64,000 nucleotides of DNA from Rhizaria sp. SCN 62-66. Taxonomy: Eukaryota. Location: NCBI GenBank assembly GCA_001724265.1, contig MEDY01000025.1, positions 62,001-126,000 on the forward strand. The letters are read 5' to 3'. The notes under the pieces were generated by a model that was given only the letters and a program-made list of their open reading frames with translations, was not told the DNA's origin and did not search any database. A program made the position numbers and the translations under genes. Positions 27,182-38,342 of the stretch are shown one piece after another (within the stretch, counting starts at the first letter, position 1; every line of letters starts with the position of its first letter).

Positions 27182-30100
27182 ATGTCCTGCTCTCAGCCGC
27201 AGCAGCAGCAGCCGACAAGCAGCAGCAGCCCTCCTGTTAACTCAACTGCAGCAACTGCCGCAGCGTCCGCTTTAGGGGCGATGACAACGAGGAGCTACGC
27301 CCATGACGACAGCGACGACGAGTTCGATGATGACGATCGCGATAACGATCACCCGCCGACCGACGACGACGAGTGCGGCGACGACTACGACGACGATGAC
27401 AACGATGAGAGCGAGACAGACGGCGATTGCGACAGAGCCTACCGCACCGCTAGAGCTGCGGCTGGCTACAACGCGAGAACGAGCAACGGCCCAGTTTCGC
27501 CGCGCACAAGGTCCAACAACTCAACCAACTCGAGCAGCTACCAGCACCACACACACCAGCAACAACAACAGCAACAGCAGTAGTCTCAGGCCCAGTCTCA
27601 GTCCCAAGCTGTCTCTACTTACACTGCGTCTACTCACGACGGTGTTTCCGTCCCAACCGACCTCTCAGGCACTTACATCGGAGGCACTGATAACGCCGCG
27701 GGCGCCTACACGCACACTCAAGCTTCAAGCGGCTTGTTGCCGTATCAACAGCAACCGCTGCAGCGCAGCTCGTCCCCTGCTCACAGTCACTTGAGTGCGC
27801 ACAGTCAGCTGAGCTCGGTCTCACAGCAGTCTCTGGACGAGAGCGGCACGCATCCGCATCCGCAGTCTCAGTCTCAGTCTCAGTTTCAGTCTCAGTCACG
27901 GGTGCAGCCGCATGTGTTGCCACAGGCTGGTCACGGGTACAGTAACAACAACATCAACAACAACAACAACGGCGGCGGCAGCTCTCAGTTCGCTCTCAAC
28001 ACCCAGCATCAGCCTCAGCTTCAGCAGCAGCCACAACAGCATCCGTCCCAGCCGCAGCCGCCGGGTCTAAGTACCCCCGCTCTAAGTACCTCTGCCAAGG
28101 CGCCCGCCCGCGCCCCGCGCCGCGTGACCGAGGACCTGCTCGAGCGGCGCCTGTTGCAGCACGACTTTGTGTACGTCAAGTGCGACGGAGACTGCCCCGC
28201 CGACGGCATTGCCCCCTCGGCTGCGAGCGCACACAGTACCGCGAGCACCAACTATACCCCCAACTATACCAGCAACACTGGTTACGCGCGCGTAGGCAGT
28301 GCCGGCGCTAATCATGCGACGACCGCGAGCGCGGCGCGTGTGAGCGGCACGGGCGGCGCTGCTGGATCTATTTCTGACATTGTGGCGACTCAGGCGACCG
28401 TGAGTGCGTTTCACGCTGATGTGGACCGCAAAAACAACAGTTTTTCTCCGAGTTTGAGTGAGGCGTCCACTGTCACCGTGTCGGTGCCGCCGCCCGCAGG
28501 CGTTCACAACAATATCAACAACAACAACAATCTCAACAATACCAGCAATACGAACACGTGCTACAACAACTTTGCTGCCAGCGCCGGTGCCAGTGTCGGG
28601 GCGAGTGCGAGTACCGTTTACTCTTGGAATCCTCCGGTAGGTTCCAATCACGCCCACAGTCGAAGTGCCGTCTCGCGGGCTGTAAGTACCCCCGGGGTAA
28701 GTACCCCCGGGGTAAGTACCGCTGCTAGCCCCCGCAGCAACGTCACGAGTCTCAGCACCGCCCACTCGGCCGCGCTAAGTACCCCCTTAGACAGTGCAAG
28801 TACGCAGACGCAGCTGTCCCCGAGTACGCCCCCCCACGTGTTCCCCTCGTCGCCCCAGCCACAACAGCCGCGGTCACCAGAGAACGACTTCGCCAACTAC
28901 AGTACTAACAACAACCATAACGGCCATAACAACAACCACAACGGGGATAACGCTGATGCGGGCAACGCTGTCACCGCCACCAGCAGCAGCGCCAACAGCA
29001 CCACGACTGCGAGTAGTTTGGGCAGTGCCGCTGCGAGTCCGAGGGCTGTTAAGGCTTCGAGCGCGTTGTCGATGCACACGCCTGAGCGTGTTTCGACTGT
29101 GCCGATGCTGCCAACGCCAGAGACCGGAACTGAGGCTGAGACTGACGCGGAGTCCCTGACGGGGGGGCTGAGGACTGTTGGAGTGAACGACATTGCTCTC
29201 GCCGTCTCCCCGCAGCAGCAACAGCAGCAGCAACAACAACAACAACAACAACAACAACTACAACTGCAGCAGCAGCAGCAGGTATCGAGAAGCAGTGCGT
29301 GTGGCTGCATTGCCACTCAGCCCGACGGTGTAAGTACCCCGGCCGCGAGTCCAAGTACCCACTCAGACTCCACGGTTGCGAACCGCAGCAACGTTCTCGC
29401 TAACAGCGCTAGCAGCCCGAGTGCCGGTGTCACTACCATGAGCACTGGTGTTGGCTATGTGAATGAGCTCGGTAACATCAGTGAGGCAGACTCACCTCCG
29501 TTTGCCTCCATGTCACAGCTGCCGCAGTCTCAGTCTCAGTCTCGGCCGGCTACAGCATCGTCTTCGAGCTCTAACCCGACTGCGACTGGGATTGGGGCTG
29601 GGGCTGGGATCGGTGCTACAGCGATGTCCGCCGCCGCCGCCGCCGTGGCCGCCGCCGCTGGCTCTTCCGCCACAACCACGGGCACTCCGGGCGCGGGCTC
29701 CAGCAAGCTGCGCTTCGCGTGCCGCCCCTCGGCAGTGCTCGTGGTCAAGAAGCACAATAACAGTCACGTGTCCTCGGACATGGCGCTGCTATGCGACTTC
29801 CTGATCCACACCTGCGGCCTGACGGTGTTTGCCGAGCCCCTCGTGGTGGCCAATGAGCCCGCGCTGCGGCACCTGACCCCCTTAGACCCCGCGCACCCGG
29901 GTAAGGGGGTCGACTTCGCCATCACGCTCGGCGGTGACGGCACGGTGCTGCATTACAACTCGCTGTTCAAGGCTGGACGGCCGGTCCCGCCAGTTGTGTC
30001 GTTCGCGCTCGGCTCGCTCGGCTTTCTGACGCCGTTTCCGTTCTCCAAGCACAGGGAGGTGATCGCAACCATCTTGCGCTCGTATTGTAGCAACAATAAC

Positions 30101-31087
30101 ACTGTGAGCGGGAGTGTCACACCCTTGAGCAGCAGTCCGCCCGCAGCCGCAGCCGCTGGGAGCAGCTTGCAACAACAGTCGCAGTTTGAGGATAGTGGCA
30201 ATATCAGCGGCAATATTAGCAGCAGCAGCAGTAGCAGCAGCAGCAGTAGCAATGGCAACGGTGTCAGCGCCACTACGAGTCTGAATACCAATAGCATTAG
30301 TGCTCATGGTAACGCCGGTGTGACCGTGAACACCAGCAACAGCAACTCTCTCGGTACTGTGATCTCCAGTCCAAGCGAGAACGCTTCCGTGTACGTCAGT
30401 GCCCGTGTCAGGCTGCTGTGCCGCGTCGTCAAAGCGCCTCGCAACAATAACAACAATAATAACATCAATATTAGTCACACGAACGCGAGGACCGGCGCGA
30501 GCTCCTCTGTCGTTGATGACACCAACAGTAGTAGCACTCTTAGCAGTACCAGTACTCTCGTGGGCGGCTTAACTTCTCCCGCGACTGTGGTGAGCACCCA
30601 CCAGCCGCTGAACGAAGTGGTGATCCAGCGCAACCTCGTCCCCTCGATGGCGCTGCTGGAGCTGTTCGTCGACGGGCACTTCGTGACGACTGTGCGCGCG
30701 GACGGACTGATCGTGGCTACGCCGACCGGCTCGACGGGCTATAGTATGAGTGCGGGGGGGCCTATGCTCGCCCCGTCGACGCCCTCGATCGTGATTACGC
30801 CGCTTTGCCCGCACAACCTGTCGTTCCGTCCCGTCGTCGTGTGCGACGCGACGCTCATCCGCGTGCGAGTGCCGCCGACGCTGCCGGCCGACTCGCCGCC
30901 GCTGACTGCGTCCTTCGACGGCCGCAGCGCCGTGGAGCTGTACCCCGGTGACAGCGTGCAGATCTCGGTGTCGCATTTGCACGTTCCCAGCATCGTCTTC
31001 ACCGAGTTCAACTGCGAGTGGTTTAAGAGCATCAAGCATAAGCTGCACTGGAACAAGTCCTTTTTGGACCGGCCACCGAGGAAATAA
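27182..31087 (+). CDS. NADK: ATP-NAD kinase with long low-complexity N-terminal extension (~1300 aa if TAG 27581-27583 is read as sense)
   Basis: NAD kinase motifs are VDFAITLGGDGTVL, SFALGSLGFLTPF, PLNEVVI, ADGLIVATPTGSTGYSMSAGGPM, ITPLCPHNLSFRP, SFDGR and WFKSIKHKLHWN. ORFs 27152..27583 and 27734..31087 share one frame separated only by a TAG. Stop is TAA. The start at 27182 is inferred. Confidence 0.9.
28682..28720 (+). repeat. 15-bp tandem repeat GTAAGTACCCCCGGG x2.6 inside NADK (encodes VSTPG repeats)
   Basis: Read directly from the sequence. Confidence 0.9.
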
Positions 31088-32030
31088 GTAAGTACAATGT
31101 CCTATGTACGGATCCATATCAACACATTAAGTCCTACCGCACTACTACGTAGTATCCATATAAGAAATACAAAACGATTTTTGTCCCTTAGACACGTGTG
31201 TCTCAGTCACGAGGGATGACCAAACAGGACATTGTTAGGAGGCATATAAGCAATTCCTATTGCTGCTGCTATGTTTCTATGTCTTGTACTCACATGGTGT
31301 AAGTGCCTTTCGTAATTGCAATACTTTAGTCTGATTGTCTCCGGATCACGAATCGCTTGCACAAAACAGCACAACAAGTAGCCCACTTTATTACTACATA
31401 TTCACCACAATAACCGGCATGATCACACTGTGGCCGTCATAAGAGCTCTACAAAGGCTGTATATTAAGTATATTTAAGATTTGTAGATATAATCAACATC
31501 CATGCTCGATATAGTGGCAATGACACACCACACCACATTAAAGATCTCTTAGTAGCCCAAAGGCTCAGGGTAGAATTGCCGGGGGCGAGAGAAAGCGAGA
31601 CTAACGGAGCGTGCGATATTTATTGTTTTAGGTATTTATTAAGTCGATTGATAACAAATCGACTCATATTCATGCCATTTTTTATTGGTGACTTTGATCG
31701 TTCCCTATATTTCCACGTTGAAACATATATATGCGTCATGCGTAAAGCTTTGTACGGAGATGTTTTTATTATTACATGTAGATTGTATGTGGACATTGTA
31801 TGTTGATACGTAAGAATGACATTATTCGTACGTATTTATATTAGATCGGTATTGGGTAGAAATGAATTTAAAACAACGACAAAAAACAACAACGAAAACA
31901 CTGAAGAGTATCACACGTGCGTGACCTGGCTGGTGATCAAGTCATCACAGGTGAGAGTATGGCTGCTGGCGTCTGGTTGTTATGTCTTGTCAGTTTTGCT
32001 GTCGCTGAAGTCCGTATTGCTGTTTTTGCT

Positions 32031-35000
32031 TCATTTTGGTTCTCGGTGTGAAGTGTCAGTAATATGAACAATGCGTACTGACATCATTCCGCCTTTGTAG
32101 ACTTCTAAGGCCTCTTGATAATCGTCATCGTCGGCAAATGGCACCGGGGTGATATCCATAATATACAACAGCTTGTTTTCCGTCGTTTGAGAAAAAACGT
32201 AAACGCAGCAATCGACGGAATCAAAAGATTTGTGGCTGTCACTGTTCCCACGTTTGCGGATTTTGGTGCTGTTGACATCACGCTTGCGCTTGCTTTCGGT
32301 TTGCTTCCGCAATGCAGATTCGACTGTCTTTGTCAGCTTCTTAACCGTCCGATGCATTGCGCCCATGCGAAGAGCACACTTGCCAGATCGCGCAAGTCGA
32401 ATCAGTCCGACAAGCGGATTGCCGGCGACTCCCGTTGGAAATTGAAGCAATGCTGACTGAAAGTGAGGTTGCGTCGAGAATTTGACGTCAAAGCGCCACG
32501 CAAAGTTTGCATACGAACAAGTGCTGTGAGCAGAAGAATCTGATTTCTGTGTGGCAAGCGTGATTTCATCACGGATTTCGACAGCTTTCCTGGCGATCTT
32601 TTTGATGAATGCCTTCGAATCTAGCTCGCCATCAATAACTGTCACGCGTCGGTTCAATGAGCAATCCTGATTGCGGTAGATATGCGTCATGTCTACGTCG
32701 CCCTAACTGTATAGGGTGCCACTTTCGGTGACCAGATCATACGGTTTATGATGCTTGCGAAAAAGGAGTGGGAGCTCATCTTGACCCTCCACATCCTTGC
32801 CACCACGAACCAGAGAGTACATAGAGCGCAGCATGCCAGTAGTTCCGTGGTATGCAACTTGGTCAAGAAGCCAGTACGGGGCCTCTGGACTTGCCCACTC
32901 TAGATCGCAGTTGAGATGGCGTTGATAAGCTGGGCTGTCATCCATAGAGTTAGTGGCACGAACACACACATCATGTTTGCAGTTGCTTAGCCACACTTGT
33001 GGCGACCAAGCGATAGGGGGCTCGCTACTTGAGGGCTCGATTGTCCAGATGGCATGTGACAGCTTAAACGCACTTGTACTGACAGTTTTATTGTCGTACA
33101 AGACATGAATTATATTATTAACACTGCTAACAGAGCTTAGCTTGCTCAATGCTAGCGCGTCAATCGCGGTGATTGCATCCTTTAGGCGAGTACGAACGGT
33201 CGCTTCACTCTGATCCCCACATGCAGCTTCCAAGGCAAACTTGAAATCACCTTTTGCATGTTCGACAGCATCGTCCACTTTTGGCGAATAGAACGTCTTA
33301 GTGAGTTCAAAGGCTTCCTCGATCTCCTCTGTTTTCCAGGCATATGACCATAAAGGAACGAAATTTGCAACAGCACTGTCGGTTGCTGACTTGCAGATGT
33401 TACTGTAACGCTCCAAATAAGGAGGCGTTGATATCACAGTTGTTGCTGCAGCCGTCGCGCCATGTACAGGCAGGCCGTTGTCGCAGCTAGAGTCAAAGAG
33501 ATACAGCGTGTTTTCGTGAGCCAACTTGAGCTTGACTTCGTCGCGATCAAGCGCTTCAACACTATCAGGCAAGAAGGAATCGGAGTCATCGGTCGACGCA
33601 GCGTAGTGATGGATATCATTATTCGGAAAGTGGCAGATCACGTTCATGTTGAGCTTGAAGCGCGCAATGTACCACAACAAGTTCAGCATCGCAGACTTGC
33701 CCGTGCCAGGCGGGCCGCGCACAATGAACGTGGTTCCAGGAACAGAGCGGTCAACCTTGCGCGTGCTCAAGTGAGTCACGAGACCTTTGTAAAGACCGTT
33801 ATGCGACTTACGCAGCAGCAACCTCTCGATAAAGGCGTCGTTGGGACCTGTGCCGCTAAAGGGAAAGAAAGCACCCTTAGGTGCGTCAAGCGTGTGGAAA
33901 AAAGTTGAGGTCGAGTCAAACGTCATTAGAGCATGAGCCTTGCTAAAAATCTCAGCGTAAGCTCGAGCAACACTTAGCTGAGTAGCGGCCGCTAGCCGCT
34001 GCTTGTATGCTTTTAGCCTGGCCTTGGCCTGTGCCTGTGCAGCCTTAGCTGCGACAAGTTCGCTGTGTGCTTTTAGCCGGTTTGAGGCGTCGGTCGCCTT
34101 ATTGAGCGTCGCATGTGCATTGTTGACAGAACTCGTTTTTTCCACGAAGCTGTGCTTTACTGCGCTGAGAAGGCGAGCTAGCCTGGCGATACTTTTTGCG
34201 GTCAAGGGTGCCCGTGCGCCTAGCAGTGCCAGTACACATGAGTACACGTGGAAAAAATCGAGAAGTACAAATGCAAAAGTATGAATATGTGAGATATTGA
34301 TAATGTTCGATAAACATGCCAATGATATAGATGGCAACAATATGTTGATTCATTATCTCCTTCAAAGTTAATCGTGAACAATTAATTGGCGACGTACGCC
34401 TAAGATCCGGCAACATTGCTTCCAGCTATTTTTCAGCATCTTCCCGTGCACAGTTTGCTTGCCAAATCTAGAGTACAGCGTTAGAAAGAGGGCCATTTGT
34501 TTCATCCGAGACATTGCTGCGCTAGAAAGAATAGCTCATCATAATGTACCCTTGAAGGGTAGATTCAAGATACTCAAGCTATTCGGAAAGGGATTCCATA
34601 CTAGGGTTTTCCAGCAACTTACCTTCTTCAATCTACTCTATCTCTCGTCGAACCCTGTTGCACTCTTGTTTGCATTTTTTTATCTCAGCAGCTAGCCACT
34701 ATTCTTCAAACTCCTATTGTGCGTGCTCCATCAGGGTATCGCGCCTCGGCCCCGCAGCTTCATGCTCGTCGATTTTCGCTTTGTAGATTCGTTCCTTTGC
34801 GTGCTCGAGGTCACGCTCAGCTGCGAGCCCCTTCTACAAAGCAGATCTCAGAGTGTTAGGCTCGAATTCAGGGTACTCCCCTTCGTCGATGGTTGAAAGC
34901 ATGGCTTCATCTGCAATTGTAGAAGGACGATATTAAGAAATACATTTAATATATTATTATATTGCGTCGAAGCGGGGATTTTAGGGCACAATGAGTGGAT

Positions 35001-35882
35001 AGTACTAGTATTACAAAAGAGAAAAACATATATCGAATTTGCGTCTACGTATTCGGAAACAAGTGATTCAGTTATGTTGCAAGAGTGACGTACCTTCAGT
35101 ACTGCTAAGAGAGCGGTGAGTGCTTGCGGTAGCAGAGACGTTGAGTCGAAGGGGCAAAGACGAAAATGTACGAGTGAAAAAAGACGCTGCACCTCCAGTT
35201 AGGGCCATCGATGATGCGTGACTGTTCTTGTTCTAGTTGGTATTAATAGGGATGTTGAGGCGCGGAGTGCGGGATGCTGCCCTTGCACTTGTGACAGCAA
35301 TGTCCTCGGCGTTGTCGTTGTCGCAGAATGGTGCCTTCTACAGATGCCAGAATATCGAAGGGGAGAGAGCCGAGTGAAATACAGTGTGTTTGTGAGACCA
35401 AGAATAGCAAGAGAGCAAGAGGACAAGCAAAGTACGCTGATATGAAAATTGGGCATACAAGTCGGAGTACAGCTTCAAACAAGACAACGCATTTTGTAGC
35501 AAGAGGCGACGGTAAATCACATACGCAGTTACTTGCACGGTTGACAGAGGCGTCTAACTTATGACTGATGTTGGTTTGCACTGCATCTGTGTCCTTGCGG
35601 ACACGCGCCAGGGCTACTGCTGCAATGGCGAAAGACGGTGTAGAAGAGCAAAGAAGGTAACCTATTGGGAACAAAGCATATGTGATCTTCCGAGTCGTGA
35701 GACTTTCGTTTGAAAACAGTGCCATTCGCCTCCTGGGGAGAGCTCGAAGTACGAGTTAAGGAGGCCAAGAGTGGCAAGCCCCAGTGTTCCCAATGAATTT
35801 ATCGGGCGAAGATGATAATTGAGGATGAACACGTACCCACTTTGTTTGTCAGTAAAAATCCCTTGGCAGTTCTACCGAGCAT
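32031..35882 (-). CDS. Crinkler/RHS-type (CR) protein: N-terminal coiled coil, P-loop NTPase and possible degenerate REase-like C-terminus; proposed exons 35882..35837, 35619..35525, 35337..35094, 34910..34398, 34219..32031 (1028 aa, 10 in-frame TAG)
   Basis: Walker A FIVRGPPGTGKSAMLNLLW, Walker-B-like TLYLFDS, TVISTPP..ERY..ICK and VPLWS...EEI follow the CR-NTPase pattern. Four GT-AG introns (35620..35836, 35338..35524, 34911..35093, 34220..34397) have matching phases and give a 3087-nt spliced frame with no internal TAA or TGA. The first two exons and the 3' end are less certain; another GTACGC donor is possible near 32078. Confidence 0.65.
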
Positions 35883-36868
35883 CTTAGCTAGAGTTCTTTC
35901 CGCAAACAAGGGAGTGCAAGAGAACCTGGATTAAGTGATCAACTTCAGCGCTTCGGACTTCAGGCCCGGTCTGGGTGGCTGTCAGATTGAGGTCAGAAAT
36001 ACGTCAATAGAAAAATTGAGTCGAATAAAATAAACACAAATCGTAGAGTTGTAATTTTTGTGAGCATTGGACGTCGGGTCCCATGGAAAAATACAGAAAG
36101 ACAAACGCAAAGAAATGACACTTGCTGCATGCGATGACACCAGAGCATCGTTAGATATCTGCGAATGCCTCGTTCTAGCTAGAGACAAGGGTTCATAAAA
36201 TGTCTCTAGTACCATTAAGGACAAACCAAGGTGGCATATGCATGGCAATTTCCAGAGCTTTATCAGAGAACATGTATGGGTCTTACAAGGGCCTCAATAT
36301 TCTCACGCGTTGGCGGAGTGCACTGCTGGGTTTTTCGGAACTTGGTCATAATGGATCTGGCACATCCAATCGCGTGGACATCGTCACTCTTGCGATAGGT
36401 AGTGATTATTTTAGTATCAACGATGCATGATTGATTTTCAATCTAAGCTTACATGGATATATACACATGTAATATGAAGTTGTCTGTTATGCGCAGCTGA
36501 CGTATGAGAACCTGTTACGTATACTAAGTAAGCTTACTGTACTAGTATTGATAAAAAAATTGCGTATTCTCGTCACGAGTACATCTCCAAAGATCTTGAG
36601 TTCTGCTACATTTGCGTGGACTTGCTTTCTGTCCTTAGGTATACAGTGTACATAGAGTGTAATATGTCAATGGTTCATGAATAGCTATCTGTCCAAGGAG
36701 TCAGTAAGAAATCTTTGGACTTGCCCAAGCAAGATTACGTTTTGGGGGACTCGAATTACTAGTGTATCGTGAATACGTATCTTAATGCATGTACATCATT
36801 GAACATTTTTAACTTGTCTGAATATTGTTGTTTGCGCACCCTGTTGCGCAATCTCTTAGCACTTGCGC

Positions 36869-38310
36869 TTATTCCTTCAGCTGTTGCTGTTGTTTTTGTT
36901 GTTGTTGTTGCAGCTGCTGCTGCTGCTGCTGCATCAGCGCACGCCACAGCCTGCGTTCCTTGCGCGCCTCGCGCCTGCGGTTAGCAGCTCGTCTCAGCCC
37001 GTCTTCGTGGAACTCCCGGCTCGAGGGCCAGTTCTTGATCTCGCTCATCATCATCTCACCTACGACCCGGCCCTTGCCGCCTCCCCTACCGCCACCGCCG
37101 CCGCCGTCGCGGGTGACAGCGTCGCACGATGACGTAGCGTCGCCATGGTGGTGCCTGTGCTTGTGGTGGTGACGAAGCTTGCTACTGCCGCCCATGCCGC
37201 CGCTGGCGCCGCCGCCGCTGCTGCCGCTGCTGCCGCTGATGGTGGCGGAGATCGTAGCCCGAAGCGCGCGCACCGACTGCGACTGCACGATGGCCTGCGC
37301 CAGAGCCTGGGGCAGTCCCAGTCCTAGTCCCAGTGCCGGCGGCGGCGGCAGCGGCGTCAGCGGCGGCGGAGGCGTTGCGCTTGACGCCACTAAGGGCGAT
37401 AACGACACCGCAGCTGACGACAATGCAGAGCTGGCAGTGTTGCTGTCGTCGGCAGTCGAGTCAGCGTCAGTGGGCGTGGGGGCCGTTGCAGCGGCAAAGC
37501 CGTCAAACACAGTGTCAGTGCCGTCGCCATACGTGTCCCGTCGCTCATTGTCACTGCCTTCTTCACTGTCATCGCCGGTCTCGCCGATTTTAGTCGCATT
37601 GTTCGGAGTTGCGCCAAGTGCACCCGTGTTGCTGTCGTCATCGCTGGAACCACCACTTGCACTGCTGCTCCGACCAGTGCCATCCGAATCAGAGAGAGAG
37701 GATGACACATCGCCTGTAGCAACAGCTGTTCCACCAGTCGCAACATTCTTTCGGCCGCGCTTGTTTGCCATGACACCAGAGGCGGATACAGACGAGGTCG
37801 CAGCCGCTGCCGCTGCAGTCGCGGCGGCGGCGGCGGCGGAGGTAGCAACAGCGGCCTTGGCTACTGCAGCCGCTGCCGCTGCTGCCGCTGCTGCCGCCGC
37901 GGCGGCCTCTGCGCGCCACCATGGGTCGCCGCCCCATTCCCACCCCCACCAGCCACCTCCGCCGCCGCCGCCGCCGCTGCTGCCGCCGCCGTCATTGTCG
38001 TCATCGTCGTCGATGTCGGGGCCGAGGCCGGGTACGCGTGGGGGCCACCTGCGCTGCTGCTGCTGCTGTGCGTTGCGGGTATTGACTGAGCCTGCACGGC
38101 CCTTGCCAGTCGCCCCCGCGGCGTTAGCATGGCCACTGCGAGTGTTCTTGCTCTTGCTGTTGTTGCGTTGGTTGTTGTTAGCGGGACCGAGACTGGCGTT
38201 GTTATTCGCGGCGCCACCGTAGCTGGAGCTGTAATACCCACGCTCGGCCGCTGCAAGGCATAGTAACGCGTACTCGCGGCCAAGGGCGAGACACATGCGG
38301 TAGTGCCTTC

Positions 38311-38342
<32 letters not shown>

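Noticed and set aside
35338-35732. Alternative intron-free frame through 35732..35338 that is also interrupted only by TAGs
   Set aside because: The spliced model with canonical GTACGT/GTATGT donors and typical intron lengths gives a more natural protein. These extra TAGs were not counted as evidence.
32031-35882. Calling the CR-NTPase locus a pseudogene because of its many stop codons
   Set aside because: All ten internal stops are TAG, with no TAA, TGA or frameshift, and splice phases are intact. TAG also occurs in Gln contexts in two other genes. It cannot be fully excluded without expression data.
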